Shown one piece after another: positions 1 to 11,600 of a DNA stretch of 64,000 nt. The notes under the pieces were generated by a model. The model made no database searches, had not been told where the DNA came from, and worked only from the letters and a program-made list of their open reading frames with translations. Numbering within the stretch: the stretch's first letter is position 1; each line of letters begins with the position of its first letter. The position numbers and the translations under genes were made by a program. Origin of the DNA: a virus; IMG/VR virus record IMGVR_UViG_3300007538_000022, positions 26,275-90,274 of that record; one strand, given 5' to 3'.

Positions 1-161
1 TCTTCACGTTTTTTAATGATCTTTCCACCTGGACCTAACTCGTCACCTCGAGCATTAACCCTAACATTACCGACTGCAGGAGTTAATTCGTTTTTCTTTT
101 TGAGCAACTCCATGTCAACAATCTTTCCACGCATTGATTTATATTCACGTTTTATAGCCAT
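1..161 (-). CDS. Small hypothetical phage protein, partial (runs off the window)
   Basis: Own translation from ATG 161: MAIKREYKSMRGKIVDMELLKKKNELTPAVGNVRVNARGDELGPGGKIIKKRE; AAGGA RBS upstream; not in the ORF track. Confidence 0.75.
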   Translation of the reverse strand, partial: MAIKREYKSMRGKIVDMELLKKKNELTPAVGNVRVNARGDELGPGGKIIKKRE

Positions 162-171
162 ATCTTTTTCC

Positions 172-690
172 TTATCTTAAAAACTCTCGCCAATCTAATT
201 CATATTTGATTGGATTAATTTTGTGTAGTTCAAGTAAATATAATACAAATGAACTAACACTACTACCTCTACCTACGCCCCATAATATATTATGTTCTCT
301 CATTAAGTCAACTAAAAATTTTACATATTTAAGAACATTTAAAAAATTAAGGTTAATGTATACTTCAAATTCTTCATTCAATCGGTCAACTTCTTGTTGA
401 CTTTGACATTTATTTAACAAATAATCATAAACATCAAACTCTTTATATTTAGTAGGCATAAGCCATTCTGTTTGTAAAATTTCATCAAACATTAGTACAT
501 CAATGTCTAATGACATATACAATTTTAAACCTGGTAAATCTTTATTAAATTGTATTTCATTAAATTTCTCAACATCTTCAGATGGTTCACACAATACATT
601 AAAAAGTTTACTAGCATCATTTGAATATAAGATATCTACAATATCTTTATCAGATGCTCTTAATAAACCATACTTATCTTTAACTAACAT
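172..690 (-). CDS. dnaE: DNA polymerase III alpha-like fragment (stand-alone piece of a split DnaE)
   Basis: RLNEEF...YVKFLVD...WGVGRGSSVSSFVLYLLELHKINPIKYELDWREFL matches the DnaE GRGS region; only 172 aa. Confidence 0.8.
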   Translation of the reverse strand: MLVKDKYGLLRASDKDIVDILYSNDASKLFNVLCEPSEDVEKFNEIQFNKDLPGLKLYMSLDIDVLMFDEILQTEWLMPTKYKEFDVYDYLLNKCQSQQEVDRLNEEFEVYINLNFLNVLKYVKFLVDLMREHNILWGVGRGSSVSSFVLYLLELHKINPIKYELDWREFLR

Positions 691-721
691 ATCAACAAAC
701 TATTATTAATAAAACATTATT

Positions 722-955
722 TTAATTGATATTAATTAATGTGTCAAGCCCTTCGATTCCTGATTGTTGTCGTTGCTTTTCAGCTTCCTCTGCACGTCTA
801 TTGTACAATTCTTCTTTATACATATCAATTACTACTGCAATTTGTTGTTTTAATATTGGATTATGTGTCTGAAAATATTTCCTTTGTAAATCTATTGTTC
901 CAGTTTCAAGTTCAGATAGTGATATACTGGAAACATTAATTAATGGATTAAACAT
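722..955 (-). CDS. Hypothetical protein
   Basis: 77-aa ORF overlapping the upstream stop. Confidence 0.7.
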   Translation of the reverse strand: MFNPLINVSSISLSELETGTIDLQRKYFQTHNPILKQQIAVVIDMYKEELYNRRAEEAEKQRQQSGIEGLDTLININ

Positions 956-1625
956 ATTGCCCTTTACATTCTACAAACAATGTTTGCCCAGAGTCAGGCG
1001 TCCAAATTTCAAAAATCATAGGATTATCTTGGCTAGTTGACTTTAATAGTCTAACCGTATTATCATATCCAATTGGTGTAGTTGCAGTATCATTTGCATA
1101 AATTGCTGATGTTGCGTATTTAGTAGTAGTTGCTGTATCAAAGTTTAAATTAACAGTAACATCACTATCTACACGAGTGCTAGTTACTGCAAGTCTCATA
1201 GATGTTACTGCAATATTGGAATCTTCCCGTAATGGCCAATCTGTAAAGTTAAACCCTACAGTTTGTATATTTTGTTCATCAATTGAGCTGTCAATCACAA
1301 TGCGAACTTCTTGATATAAACCATCTGGTACATATATTGACAAGTTGTTCGATACACTGTCGTTATTAATTACCATTGTTGACCGTTTAAATTGTACTGA
1401 ACTTAATGACAATATTGGATTAATTAGAATTTTACCAGTTGATCCAAAATTGTTATTTTCATTTATTTTAACAGTAGTATCTTGTAAATCAGTAATCTCA
1501 CTTCCTGCTTTAGCAAAATTATCTTTAATAATTTGGAAATTATCTCTAAAGCCTTGTGTATCGTTATCAACACCTGCTACTGGATATTCTGCATCTATTG
1601 TTTCACTTATGATTGTACTAGTCAT
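948..1625 (-). CDS. Virion structural (baseplate/fibre) protein
   Basis: N-terminal YPVAGVDNDTQGFRDNF..IK..F motif followed by a coiled coil; structural module context. Confidence 0.6.
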   Translation of the reverse strand: MTSTIISETIDAEYPVAGVDNDTQGFRDNFQIIKDNFAKAGSEITDLQDTTVKINENNNFGSTGKILINPILSLSSVQFKRSTMVINNDSVSNNLSIYVPDGLYQEVRIVIDSSIDEQNIQTVGFNFTDWPLREDSNIAVTSMRLAVTSTRVDSDVTVNLNFDTATTTKYATSAIYANDTATTPIGYDNTVRLLKSTSQDNPMIFEIWTPDSGQTLFVECKGQYV

Positions 1626-1641
1626 TTGTTTTCCTTAAATT

Positions 1642-4600
1642 TTATACATTAACTTGATAATTCGCAAACAAAATAAATTGTTCACTTGAATTATCTTTTG
1701 TTCGTTTTATTATATATCTATCAATATCATAATTAATAGTTTGTGGATTATAATCGCTGTTTTTTATGTTTCTTAATATGTTTTCACTTGTGCCAGGTTT
1801 ACAATAACATATAGGAATAGCCATTTGATAATCCAGTTCTTGAAATTCTAATTGTGGGCTTCTCATCCATAATGGTAAAAACTCTCTTTCAGTTTTTCCA
1901 ATAGCTTTTATATTATCTCGCATATTAGCAATACTTGAAATAAATCGAATTTGATCTTTACTATTACTTACTTTAATTGATGTTGTATCTGCTTTAAAAG
2001 TATTTGCATATTTAGGTCTACGTCGCATTGGTTCACTATCACCGAGTTCTAAAACTACAGTTGCAGTAGACGAATCTCTTATGATAACTTCAAAATCATT
2101 CATATCAGTGTTTACTACTACATCAGTGTTACGAGTTTCTATAATTAGTTGATCGTTAGATACAATTAAAAATTTTGTAAGATTTCTTCCGTACACTGGT
2201 AACAGTTCGGTTCCTAAATTATATCCAGTAACGTCATCTTTTGCAGCATATTGCAAACTATCTACTGTAATATTATTAGCAGTATTTATAGTGAAGTGTT
2301 TTTTAGTTTTTCCAATTTTAGGTACCGCAGGATCAATAACATCAATATAAATTACTTCATATACAACATCACGAGTTCCAGGTAATATCGCAACTGCATT
2401 TTTAAACTCTCCCAATATATATTGTTTTCGTTTATGATTAGTTGCTGCCGCTGCTACAAATTTGTCTATCTCTTTAACTTCTATGCCGCTATAAACTAGC
2501 ATGTCTAGATTAAGTTGTAATCCAAAATTTTTATCTTGAGGTCTATAAATGCTTTCTGGTGTAAATATGCTTGAGTTACTAATAAATTCTCTATACGATA
2601 ATCTTGTAGATTCTGCTAACATTGGTCGCATATAGATGTCTGTATATAAGGTATTATCAAAGTCGTTTACAGATAACTTAAATTCACGTTCAACTGCTGA
2701 GTAATTAAATCTATCTCTAGCTTCGACTACAAAATGAAATTCTCTATCAAATGACGTATCACTTGATATGCCTCCATCAAACGTAGTAGATCTACTATCA
2801 AATATTGTTAACCCAGGTTGTTCGGGTGAGCTAGTTTGATTGGCAATTCCTATAATTTCCCCACTATACGACATATACATTCCGTATGGGAGTCTACCTG
2901 ATTTAAATGTATACACTATGCTACTATCTGGAACTGTAGTTTCTGCTTTAACAAATAATGTGCTTACATAATCTGAATTTATTGTACCTAAGTCAGAAGG
3001 AGTAATCCAATTAATATTCGAATCAATTTCTCCAATTACTGTAAGTTCAAATGTCTTAACTGAACTTGGCATAACAACATCATCCTGACTTGCTACTACA
3101 AAATCTTTAGTAAAATAGTCGTCTTTAAGTAACGCTAATCCAATATTTCTGTATATTAGTAATTGCTGTCCAATATTAGTATTAAGTTGTACTTTATCTT
3201 CGTTCTCACGAAGAACTTGTATTGTTGTAAGATCTCCAAAAATATCTTTTATATTTGTTAAATTAGTAGTATGTGCTGTTTGTGGGAGCATTACTGTCCA
3301 ATTTTTACTTGTTACTGCATTAATATAAGCATCATAATTAAATTCATGTTTTAACATTAATAAAGTTGCAGATACTATCTGGGATATTGATAGTTGATTA
3401 ATAGTTTCGGCGATTTCATCCCAATTTGATAATTCAAATGTAGAATAAGTATGATCCACTTTACATTTGTATATTTTACCATTTTCTCCTGTAACAATAT
3501 CTCCTATGAAATAGTTTGTTCCAATAACCAAATCATACGGCACATTTATTGGATATATATCGTTTTCACTAGTTATGCTATACTCAATATATGGTGAAAC
3601 AGAATTAATAGTATATGATACATACTCACTAAACTTAATAACTCTTTCTTTCACTTGTTCTCGTTGTGCATTTGTAATTCGATTAATAAAAAAGTAATCT
3701 TGTCCGGCTGCTGCTGTTCTACTTAATTTAAAGTCAATTTGTGCAATTAACGGTTGAGTTAATGTAATTGTGTCATAATCACTATTTGAATCATCTACAC
3801 TTAATACTGTATACTGATGAACTCCTAATAAGATTTTTTGATTTACTAAATTTTTTAAATCTTGAAAGTTATCATCGCTTGTTAAATCTAATTTGTATAT
3901 TTTAAATTTGGTATTTCCAGCAATTACATCTTCGTAAAAGTTTGCATAAACAGTTATATGTTCGTCGTCTTGCGTCATTCTAGTTGCACGAATTGTAAAC
4001 TTATAGTTTTCTGTAACTGCTGGCTGATATGGCAATATTCCTGCAATTTCTCCAGATAATGCATCTAATGACAAGCCTGGTGGTAGTTCACTAATTGATC
4101 CATCGTCATTAAGATCCTCAAGGGTATACACAGGTAATCCATCTAATGTTTCATTATGAATAATATCTAAAACTAATATAGTGTAATTATCGGCTCGTTT
4201 AAATCCTAGATTACGAGGAGTAATCCATACTGGAGTACGTACATTAGTATTATCTGCAGTGAAAATTCCTGTAGCTGCATGCGTAATAGTATTGTCTGCG
4301 GTTAAGAAATCATCACCAACAACATATATTGTAAAGTCACGCCTTACATACCAATCACCATCTGTTACTGTTACAGTGAATGGATAGTATCTATTTAATT
4401 TTATAGGCTGTCTTTCAGTTTCGCTAAAATCATATGGAACACTATCAAAATAATAGCTTGCAAATCCATTTGAACTTGGAACATAAAAATCTAACGGGTA
4501 TTTGGAATACGGAGCCGTATCGTACCCTCCTCCTTGATATATTTTTTCTAGACTTAATAAAGGTTCAACAATGCCTTGTATTCTACCATCTTTAGATAGT

Positions 4601-6006
4601 GTTAATCCTGGTGGCAGTTCACCGTCATGTTTTCCAATAAAAAATTCTAATTCATCTCCTGCCGGTATGTCAGAATCTGTTGCAATAAGTTGATAATCAA
4701 CTATTTCATTATCTAATACGAATACACTTTTCTTATTAGGATTAACAGGTAACAATCCAGCATTAGTTTGCCATTCGGGTGAATCAGGACCTATTACTAG
4801 TACTTCTAATGTTCTATCTTCAAATAAATCATTAAAGTATGCTCTAACAACAAATGTACTTAACTCATTATGCTGGACTTCAAATACTGTTCCAGTTATT
4901 CGATTTTTATTTAAACGCAAACCTCTAGGAAGTTTGCCACTAATTATTTCAGTATCAACAGTAGTTGAAGTTACTAACGGTAGTAATATATCTGTTGGTC
5001 TACGCTCAACTATTGTTCCTAAATTTGAGCCTGTTGGCACTTTCCATATAGTCGATAGCTCTGTGCTTGCAGAAGTTGGTTGATTAACATATGTTATTTT
5101 TTGTTTAGTACTAGGGCCAATGATATATGGATATGCCGGTGCACTTAATGTATCATCTGTAAATGTTACAAAATATGCGTAAGTACCTTTTGGATATTCA
5201 GGAGTTACACAATATCGTCCATTATACTCGTCTAAGTCGCCGTTACTATAATAAAATACATAATCATCAACAAACGCTCCTGCAGTAAATGATAATGTGC
5301 CAAAAGTTGTTGATAATGTTTTGTCATATTTCCAATCAGAAGGTCTATGAGTATCTTTAATTTTAGTTCGATACGAACTTAATAAAAGTTTTGTTCCACT
5401 ATACTGATTAATAGATGTTTTGTATCCGTATGGTCCGTAGATTGGATACCCATCAAAACAAAATCCTAAAATTTTACTATGTCCGTCTGAATGTCTAAAA
5501 AAATCACTATTAAAATTAGTAGTCCTATAATAATCATTACTAAAGTTATAAAATCGTTGAATACTCCATCCATTTGTTAGAAATGCACCGTCTCGATAAG
5601 TATACTCGTTTACCGATGTGCTTATTTGTTCTGTTACACCGTGTGCCGGATCGATAGTAAAAACACTTGGAAAATGACCTCGGTTTATTGTAAAACCTGA
5701 TGGCATTGCAATATTATTGTTTGGGATAGTAGATTCTGTTGAATACGGTTTTATTAAAACTCCATTTGCCAAAATACCAACATAATTATCAAACACTTTT
5801 TGTGGATTTTGTGTATTTGTTCCGCATCTGTCTACAAATGAAAATTTATAATCTTGTAACGTAACTCCATTTATATTTGCATTTGCAGGGAAAGGGTTTC
5901 CATTACTTTCAACTGACAGTACTCCTTGCAATGTTGAAAATATCGACCTACTATTGTAAGAGCCTTGCCGAACATTTATACTTATTAGTTTTGGGTCAAA
6001 TGCCAT
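1642..6006 (-). CDS. Baseplate wedge-like protein with N-terminal YHYH-family domain and Ig-like (He_PIG) repeats
   Basis: GILANGV/HSKILGFCFDGYPIYGPYG/DLDEYNGRYCVTPEYP motifs; repeated GxLPxGLxL...G.I.G Ig repeats; C-terminal LPLWM...YCKPG...DIDRY. Confidence 0.7.
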   Translation of the reverse strand: MAFDPKLISINVRQGSYNSRSIFSTLQGVLSVESNGNPFPANANINGVTLQDYKFSFVDRCGTNTQNPQKVFDNYVGILANGVLIKPYSTESTIPNNNIAMPSGFTINRGHFPSVFTIDPAHGVTEQISTSVNEYTYRDGAFLTNGWSIQRFYNFSNDYYRTTNFNSDFFRHSDGHSKILGFCFDGYPIYGPYGYKTSINQYSGTKLLLSSYRTKIKDTHRPSDWKYDKTLSTTFGTLSFTAGAFVDDYVFYYSNGDLDEYNGRYCVTPEYPKGTYAYFVTFTDDTLSAPAYPYIIGPSTKQKITYVNQPTSASTELSTIWKVPTGSNLGTIVERRPTDILLPLVTSTTVDTEIISGKLPRGLRLNKNRITGTVFEVQHNELSTFVVRAYFNDLFEDRTLEVLVIGPDSPEWQTNAGLLPVNPNKKSVFVLDNEIVDYQLIATDSDIPAGDELEFFIGKHDGELPPGLTLSKDGRIQGIVEPLLSLEKIYQGGGYDTAPYSKYPLDFYVPSSNGFASYYFDSVPYDFSETERQPIKLNRYYPFTVTVTDGDWYVRRDFTIYVVGDDFLTADNTITHAATGIFTADNTNVRTPVWITPRNLGFKRADNYTILVLDIIHNETLDGLPVYTLEDLNDDGSISELPPGLSLDALSGEIAGILPYQPAVTENYKFTIRATRMTQDDEHITVYANFYEDVIAGNTKFKIYKLDLTSDDNFQDLKNLVNQKILLGVHQYTVLSVDDSNSDYDTITLTQPLIAQIDFKLSRTAAAGQDYFFINRITNAQREQVKERVIKFSEYVSYTINSVSPYIEYSITSENDIYPINVPYDLVIGTNYFIGDIVTGENGKIYKCKVDHTYSTFELSNWDEIAETINQLSISQIVSATLLMLKHEFNYDAYINAVTSKNWTVMLPQTAHTTNLTNIKDIFGDLTTIQVLRENEDKVQLNTNIGQQLLIYRNIGLALLKDDYFTKDFVVASQDDVVMPSSVKTFELTVIGEIDSNINWITPSDLGTINSDYVSTLFVKAETTVPDSSIVYTFKSGRLPYGMYMSYSGEIIGIANQTSSPEQPGLTIFDSRSTTFDGGISSDTSFDREFHFVVEARDRFNYSAVEREFKLSVNDFDNTLYTDIYMRPMLAESTRLSYREFISNSSIFTPESIYRPQDKNFGLQLNLDMLVYSGIEVKEIDKFVAAAATNHKRKQYILGEFKNAVAILPGTRDVVYEVIYIDVIDPAVPKIGKTKKHFTINTANNITVDSLQYAAKDDVTGYNLGTELLPVYGRNLTKFLIVSNDQLIIETRNTDVVVNTDMNDFEVIIRDSSTATVVLELGDSEPMRRRPKYANTFKADTTSIKVSNSKDQIRFISSIANMRDNIKAIGKTEREFLPLWMRSPQLEFQELDYQMAIPICYCKPGTSENILRNIKNSDYNPQTINYDIDRYIIKRTKDNSSEQFILFANYQVNV

Positions 6007-6022
6007 TTAATCTTCCTTTGTA

Positions 6023-6718
6023 TTATACTTGTCCAAAATCAATTATTGCTAACGATGGTGATTCAAATGTTCCCATATCAATAGTAGATTCGTGTGCTAA
6101 CCATTCAATTGTAGTGTTAAACTTGGGATAAATATCTCCAAATTCCATATTTTCAAAATATGCAGAATACTGTGAAAAGTCAGATCCATTTAATGTTCCA
6201 TAAAATGATCCTGTAACTCGTGCAGCATCGATGATGCCCACTGTATAAAAATTATGCCCTTGTGCATTTAAACTGTTAGATAATTTAGGAAACGGATCAG
6301 TTTCTAATTTTGAAACAGTATTATCTATAACAAGATAATCTCCTTCTATTTTAGTTTTAATTCCATCCCCACCTACAATTTTCAGTTCAGAGTTAGCAGT
6401 TAAGTTTATATAGTTTTCATCTGCAGATATTGTAATATTAGCAAGATTTTCATTTGGAACACTAATAGTGATAGCAGAGTCTGACGACTCTAACACTACA
6501 TTAGATCCACTAACTAATTTTTTAAATTGTAAATCGTATATTAACTTTTGGGAAAAGATGCCTTCTCCTTCCCCTTCGATATTCGATGCAGTTACGTCAC
6601 CGGTGATTCTTAAATCAAGTTCTTCAAAATTTTGATTAACTTTTATAAATGCTTCTCTTAGATCATCGCCTGTTCCGTCGTTTGCAATGTATCCTATATT
6701 AATTAATTCTATTGCCAT
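6023..6718 (-). CDS. Baseplate/tail fibre protein with T4 gp9/gp10-like N-terminus
   Basis: INIGYIANDGTGDDLREAFIKVNQNFEEL. Confidence 0.7.
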   Translation of the reverse strand: MAIELINIGYIANDGTGDDLREAFIKVNQNFEELDLRITGDVTASNIEGEGEGIFSQKLIYDLQFKKLVSGSNVVLESSDSAITISVPNENLANITISADENYINLTANSELKIVGGDGIKTKIEGDYLVIDNTVSKLETDPFPKLSNSLNAQGHNFYTVGIIDAARVTGSFYGTLNGSDFSQYSAYFENMEFGDIYPKFNTTIEWLAHESTIDMGTFESPSLAIIDFGQV

Positions 6719-6730
6719 TGTTATTTCCCT

Positions 6731-8071
6731 TTAAGCAATCTGTAACCAGATATTATTTAAATAAATCATTAAATGTTGTAATCCTGATCCAGTTGGATTC
6801 CAACTAATTCCATCCGATACTGCTATTGTTCCAGGAGCAGGTTGTGATGGGATTGATCCTGGCATTAATACTAGCTGTTCTGATAACAGTTCAAATATAT
6901 TAGCATATGGTGATGATATCGAGCCGTCTACTACATTAACTACTTGTGTAGAGTCATCTGCGTAAATTGACCCTACTACATCGCTGTGTAGCACTCCTGA
7001 ATTTTGTGTAATTTCTTTTGTTGTTGGATTATAAAATAATAAACTTTGTGTAGATTCTACTCTAATAGGGTCAACAAAAAAACCTTCGTTTAACGAATTT
7101 AATATCGACGTTGATAAAATTATCGAGTTACTATGTTGCTTCGTAAATCCTGCACGATTTCCTATTGCAATACAATTAGAGCCTTGTAACTGATACCCTG
7201 CTTCTACTCCAATTGCAATACTGTATGAATTTTGATCTATTTGCCCTGCAGATGTTCCGATAGCGATAGCATGTCTTTCTTGATTTTGATACCCTGACTG
7301 TACACCGATTGCTATTGCATTAGGTTGTTGATCAACATCACCTGCAAATATACCTAAAGAAATTCTATCTTCTCTACTCCGAATACTTTCTGCGTCAACA
7401 TGACCGAAATAAGTGCTAGTACCTATATCTATTAATTTACTGCTATCATCATTATAAATATCACCTCTAATATCTAACAGAACATAGTCGGCTAAACTTT
7501 TAATATTTTCAATTTCAGCTATTAATGTGCTAGATGTTACTACTTGTAAATCATCGACAAAGTTTGACAACGATGACGGAGCATCTTCAATTTTACTATA
7601 CGAAATGGTTCCTGATAATGCATCTACTATTATTTCACCGGATGACGAGTACAGTGAACCAACTAATGCAGTGGCGTTAATTTCTCTAAAAGGTCGAGCA
7701 GATGTGCCTATTAGTCCAACATTAGGAGTTTCTGGAATAATAACACCGTTTAATATAATAGATGTTACAGATATTTGACCCATATTTTCTAATGACCTAA
7801 ACTCAACTCCATCTCCTCTTTCGTTTACTTTTAAAAACGACCCTTCATTTCCAGTATAAGATGATGGAGTATCTACTAAATCTAAAACTGTTTGTGCTTT
7901 AATACTATTGCCATTAACTGTAATAGCAGCAGCATTAATAGTACCAATTGCATCAATGTTTTGTACATTTACTATGCTTGAGTCTTGGAGATTTAGATTA
8001 TCGCCTGCAGGAAGTTCTTTAACTTGGTTACTGTTAGATGTGTCTAACACTAGTGGAAATCTATTGCTCAT
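6731..8071 (-). CDS. Tail fibre/adhesin with YadA-head-like repeats
   Basis: About five 15-aa AIAIGxxAG repeats; DLVDTPSSY...FLKVN motif. Confidence 0.65.
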   Translation of the reverse strand: MSNRFPLVLDTSNSNQVKELPAGDNLNLQDSSIVNVQNIDAIGTINAAAITVNGNSIKAQTVLDLVDTPSSYTGNEGSFLKVNERGDGVEFRSLENMGQISVTSIILNGVIIPETPNVGLIGTSARPFREINATALVGSLYSSSGEIIVDALSGTISYSKIEDAPSSLSNFVDDLQVVTSSTLIAEIENIKSLADYVLLDIRGDIYNDDSSKLIDIGTSTYFGHVDAESIRSREDRISLGIFAGDVDQQPNAIAIGVQSGYQNQERHAIAIGTSAGQIDQNSYSIAIGVEAGYQLQGSNCIAIGNRAGFTKQHSNSIILSTSILNSLNEGFFVDPIRVESTQSLLFYNPTTKEITQNSGVLHSDVVGSIYADDSTQVVNVVDGSISSPYANIFELLSEQLVLMPGSIPSQPAPGTIAVSDGISWNPTGSGLQHLMIYLNNIWLQIA

Positions 8072-8109
8072 GTATGTATCCTATTTTTATATATTTATCG
8101 CACACCTTA

Positions 8110-8619
8110 TCACCAAGTATCAGTTGACCAGGCAATCCGTTTCCATATATCAGCTTCTCCTGTTGTGTATGTTTCTACACAATAATATATGTATGTAGAG
8201 TCTACTGATATTGCTCCTTGTGTATCTAATACTTGACCTTTACTAGTAACAGGTACACTAAATTGTATTACTAAATCTCCTGCTACTATTATATTACCTA
8301 ATACTGTTAGATTTGAATTAAACACAATATCATCGGACGAATTATTAGCTAAAAATTCAGTATCGTTAATATAAGAGCTTAATGTATTTGGCACAGAAAA
8401 CTCTATAACATTATCAGTTTCGTTATAAGACACTGTTATGTTTTCTTGAACTCCATTAGTTATTATATCGGAAAGAGACTGCTGTGCTGTTTCACTAGTA
8501 AGAGCTGTAGTTTCGTACAACTCTGTAAAATTATCATTGATTTTATCAAATGCAATTCTTAATGGGTCTCCATCACCTCTATTGGGACTAGTCCCTAAAT
8601 TTATTAATTGTATAGTCAT
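8110..8619 (-). CDS. Baseplate/fibre protein with gp9/gp10-like N-terminus
   Basis: INLGTSPNRGDGDPLRIAFDKINDNFTELY; C-terminal G.I..D..YIYYC...WKR. Confidence 0.7.
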   Translation of the reverse strand: MTIQLINLGTSPNRGDGDPLRIAFDKINDNFTELYETTALTSETAQQSLSDIITNGVQENITVSYNETDNVIEFSVPNTLSSYINDTEFLANNSSDDIVFNSNLTVLGNIIVAGDLVIQFSVPVTSKGQVLDTQGAISVDSTYIYYCVETYTTGEADIWKRIAWSTDTW

Positions 8620-8648
8620 ATTTTATTCCTTATTGTTAGCAACTAATC

Positions 8649-11600
8649 TTAGTGTTTACCAACAACTACTTCGATCATTCCACGTTCGGTATCGAACTTA
8701 TTTGTTAGTGCTTTTCCTATTATTGTACCTGGAATTGCAGAATCTATAGCACACGCATACTCAGATATAGAGCTTGATACTAATAGATCTCCTTTTTTAA
8801 CTTTTCCTACTACTTTACACATTACTCGACCTTGTAATGCTAATGGAATAACAAAATTTCCATCTAACGACGAGTTCATTAAGTGTGCAGGATTTTCAGA
8901 TACAATACCTGCAACTCGTGTATCAGATTTAATATTTGTAGTAGTTAATTCATATTCTCCACCAAAGATTAAAACAGTGCCAAATGTATAATAGTTATCT
9001 GCTAAATAATTTTCAGCTAAGTCAGCATACCTAGCAGTAGTTGCAGTCCCGTTAAACAATGTTGCGTATACAGTGTTGTATACTAAATTTGATGCTCCAA
9101 TGTTATATACATTTGTAGTGTCTGGTTTTACACCTGTACGGTCAAAAATAAACGGTGTAACACTAGAGTTTGATCCAGTATTTGCTGTTACAATTGCAAC
9201 TTGTCCTGCAGTTGTTTTACCTGTTCCAGCTCCTAATGCAATTCCTGTAGATGCTGCTGTTTTTTCTTCTTGTGCTTCAATAAAACTGCTGTAAATCCAA
9301 TTAGTTGATAAGAAACTCTGGTTATTGTAAGTTGACAAGCTTTGCAATACACTCTGTGATCCAGCATCGTCGCCTATTGACAAATTTCCATAAAAAGTTA
9401 CATCAGGATATGTAGGTGATGTTCCTCCAGACCCGCCGACAGCAGTTAAAATTAAACCTTGAGAAGGAGTTTTTAAATTTAACATAGTACCTGTTAGCGA
9501 CATTACTTCGTAGCTAGAGTCGTTACCTATTATTAAGGATCGAGCATGAACACTACCGTTTGTATTTGTTTTTACTAAACTGTTAGCTTCGCCGGTAATT
9601 GATATATTACTTATTCCAAAAGTACCAGTTGACAATTTAACTAATGCAGAGCCTGGATCTTGTGCTGCTGGTATTTCTGTTGTAAAGTTACTTGGGAGCA
9701 GTGCGCCTCCTTCTGTAACTACTGTAGAAAAAGATATTTGCTCTATATGTGCAGACCCAGTATCGTTTGCCCAATTTCCTAATACTTTATTATTTTCAAT
9801 TCTGGCAATTTTATTAAAATCAATTCCATTGTCAGCAAGAGAAATCCATCCATTTGATGCAGTAAATACCGTGCTGTTAAACGATGCAACTCCTAATTCT
9901 GATTGCGTGAGTCCGGTTGCATTACTTCGTGTAGTTGCTGCATTAAGTAATAATTTACTTTGTACAATCCCTGCTGTTGCAGAAACATCGCTATTAACAA
10001 TAGTATTTGGTTTAATTTGGAAATTAATTGTCGAATATTTTTCAGTAACTTCGTTATTAACTACAGTTAATGTATTAATATTTGTAAATGATATATCACT
10101 TAAATTATCATGTACAGCATTCGCCCATTCATCAACTGGTCCTGATAATATTACAGCTTCTGCTCCTCCGACGACTTGAACAGTATCCACCGCAGGAGAA
10201 TCTCCTTCAGGTTTACCATCACTAAATACTCCAGATACTGGAGTATAAATTATCTCAGTTAAGTTTGTTCCTAAACTTTGAAAATCTCTAGTTCCTAAAA
10301 TAGTACCAACTGCTCCAGTAACTGATCCTACCATCTGATCATTAACTTCAAACGGACCGTTTACAATCGAACCTGAAATTACAAATATTTTTTTGTAACC
10401 TGTACTAATTAATAGCTGACCATTTGATATATTTGTAATATCAACGTCGTTCATATCTGCTAACAATTCACTACTACTGTTAGCTAATATCAAGTCGTCA
10501 ACGTAAATTTTAGTAGCAACATCTGAATCGTTAGTAGGAGCTTTTAAATTAGTAATAGTGTTACTACCAGCATTTAAATCTCCAGTTAAAATAGTTGAGC
10601 CATCTGCTGCAATTGCACCTGGGCCGATTTTATTAACTATAACATTTCCATTTGTATCAAATCCTAGTCTTCGATTAATGTATCCTCGAACGGCACTTTC
10701 AGTAGGTACTGTATCAGATGCATTGTCAGCCATTGCAGTGTCTGTGGAAAATTCAGTAATAACAACTCCACGCTTGAATCCTAATCCATCAACATCGGAA
10801 AGTGCAATGTTAGCAGCAAACGAAACTGTGCCTGTACCTTGGTCTACACTAAAGAATCTTCCAGCTCTAAAAACACCATCCTGATCTGTTGATGTATAAA
10901 ATACACGGCCTTTATTAATTTCTGTAACTTCTTTAGAGCTGTCTTTTTCACTTGGGCTTCCGAAAATTACATTTGGGAAATTAGTATTGTTATAACTACC
11001 TGTACCTATGTCTAAGAAATCATGCCCAGTTACTCGACATGTTGAAATACCTACAGTAATGTTTCCAGTTTGATTTGCTTTCAACCCTGCTCTAATAGTA
11101 ATATTTTCTGATCCGTAGATAACTGGAAGTGCTATACCTGTAGAGTCTGTTTGGTTAATAGTTTCAATATCTTCTAGATCAACAAGTGCATACGCTATAT
11201 TTTCTGAAACAGGGACTTCGTTTCCTTCTGAATCAACACCTCGATAATTAAACACATAATGTGTTTTTCCACCCCATGATATAATAGGTGCTTCTACTAA
11301 TGTTTCTGGTCTCCACCCTAATGGCCTAAATCCTTCAGGTGTCTTGCTATTATTGTTTAATCGATATATTTCATTAGTGTCAGAAACTGGTTGCAGTGCT
11401 AACCGCACATCTCCTATTGTTGCACCTTTAGTTGTACCTGAGCCGGCTAATTCACTAGTTTGAGCTCTTGCACTGTCAATGATTAATCGAATATAGTCGT
11501 AACCTTCATCAAAACTAACTTGTGCAGTTCCATCTGGCAATTCATTGCCTATACTATCGCTAGTTAAAAATGATATCGAACGATATACAGTATCAGTATT

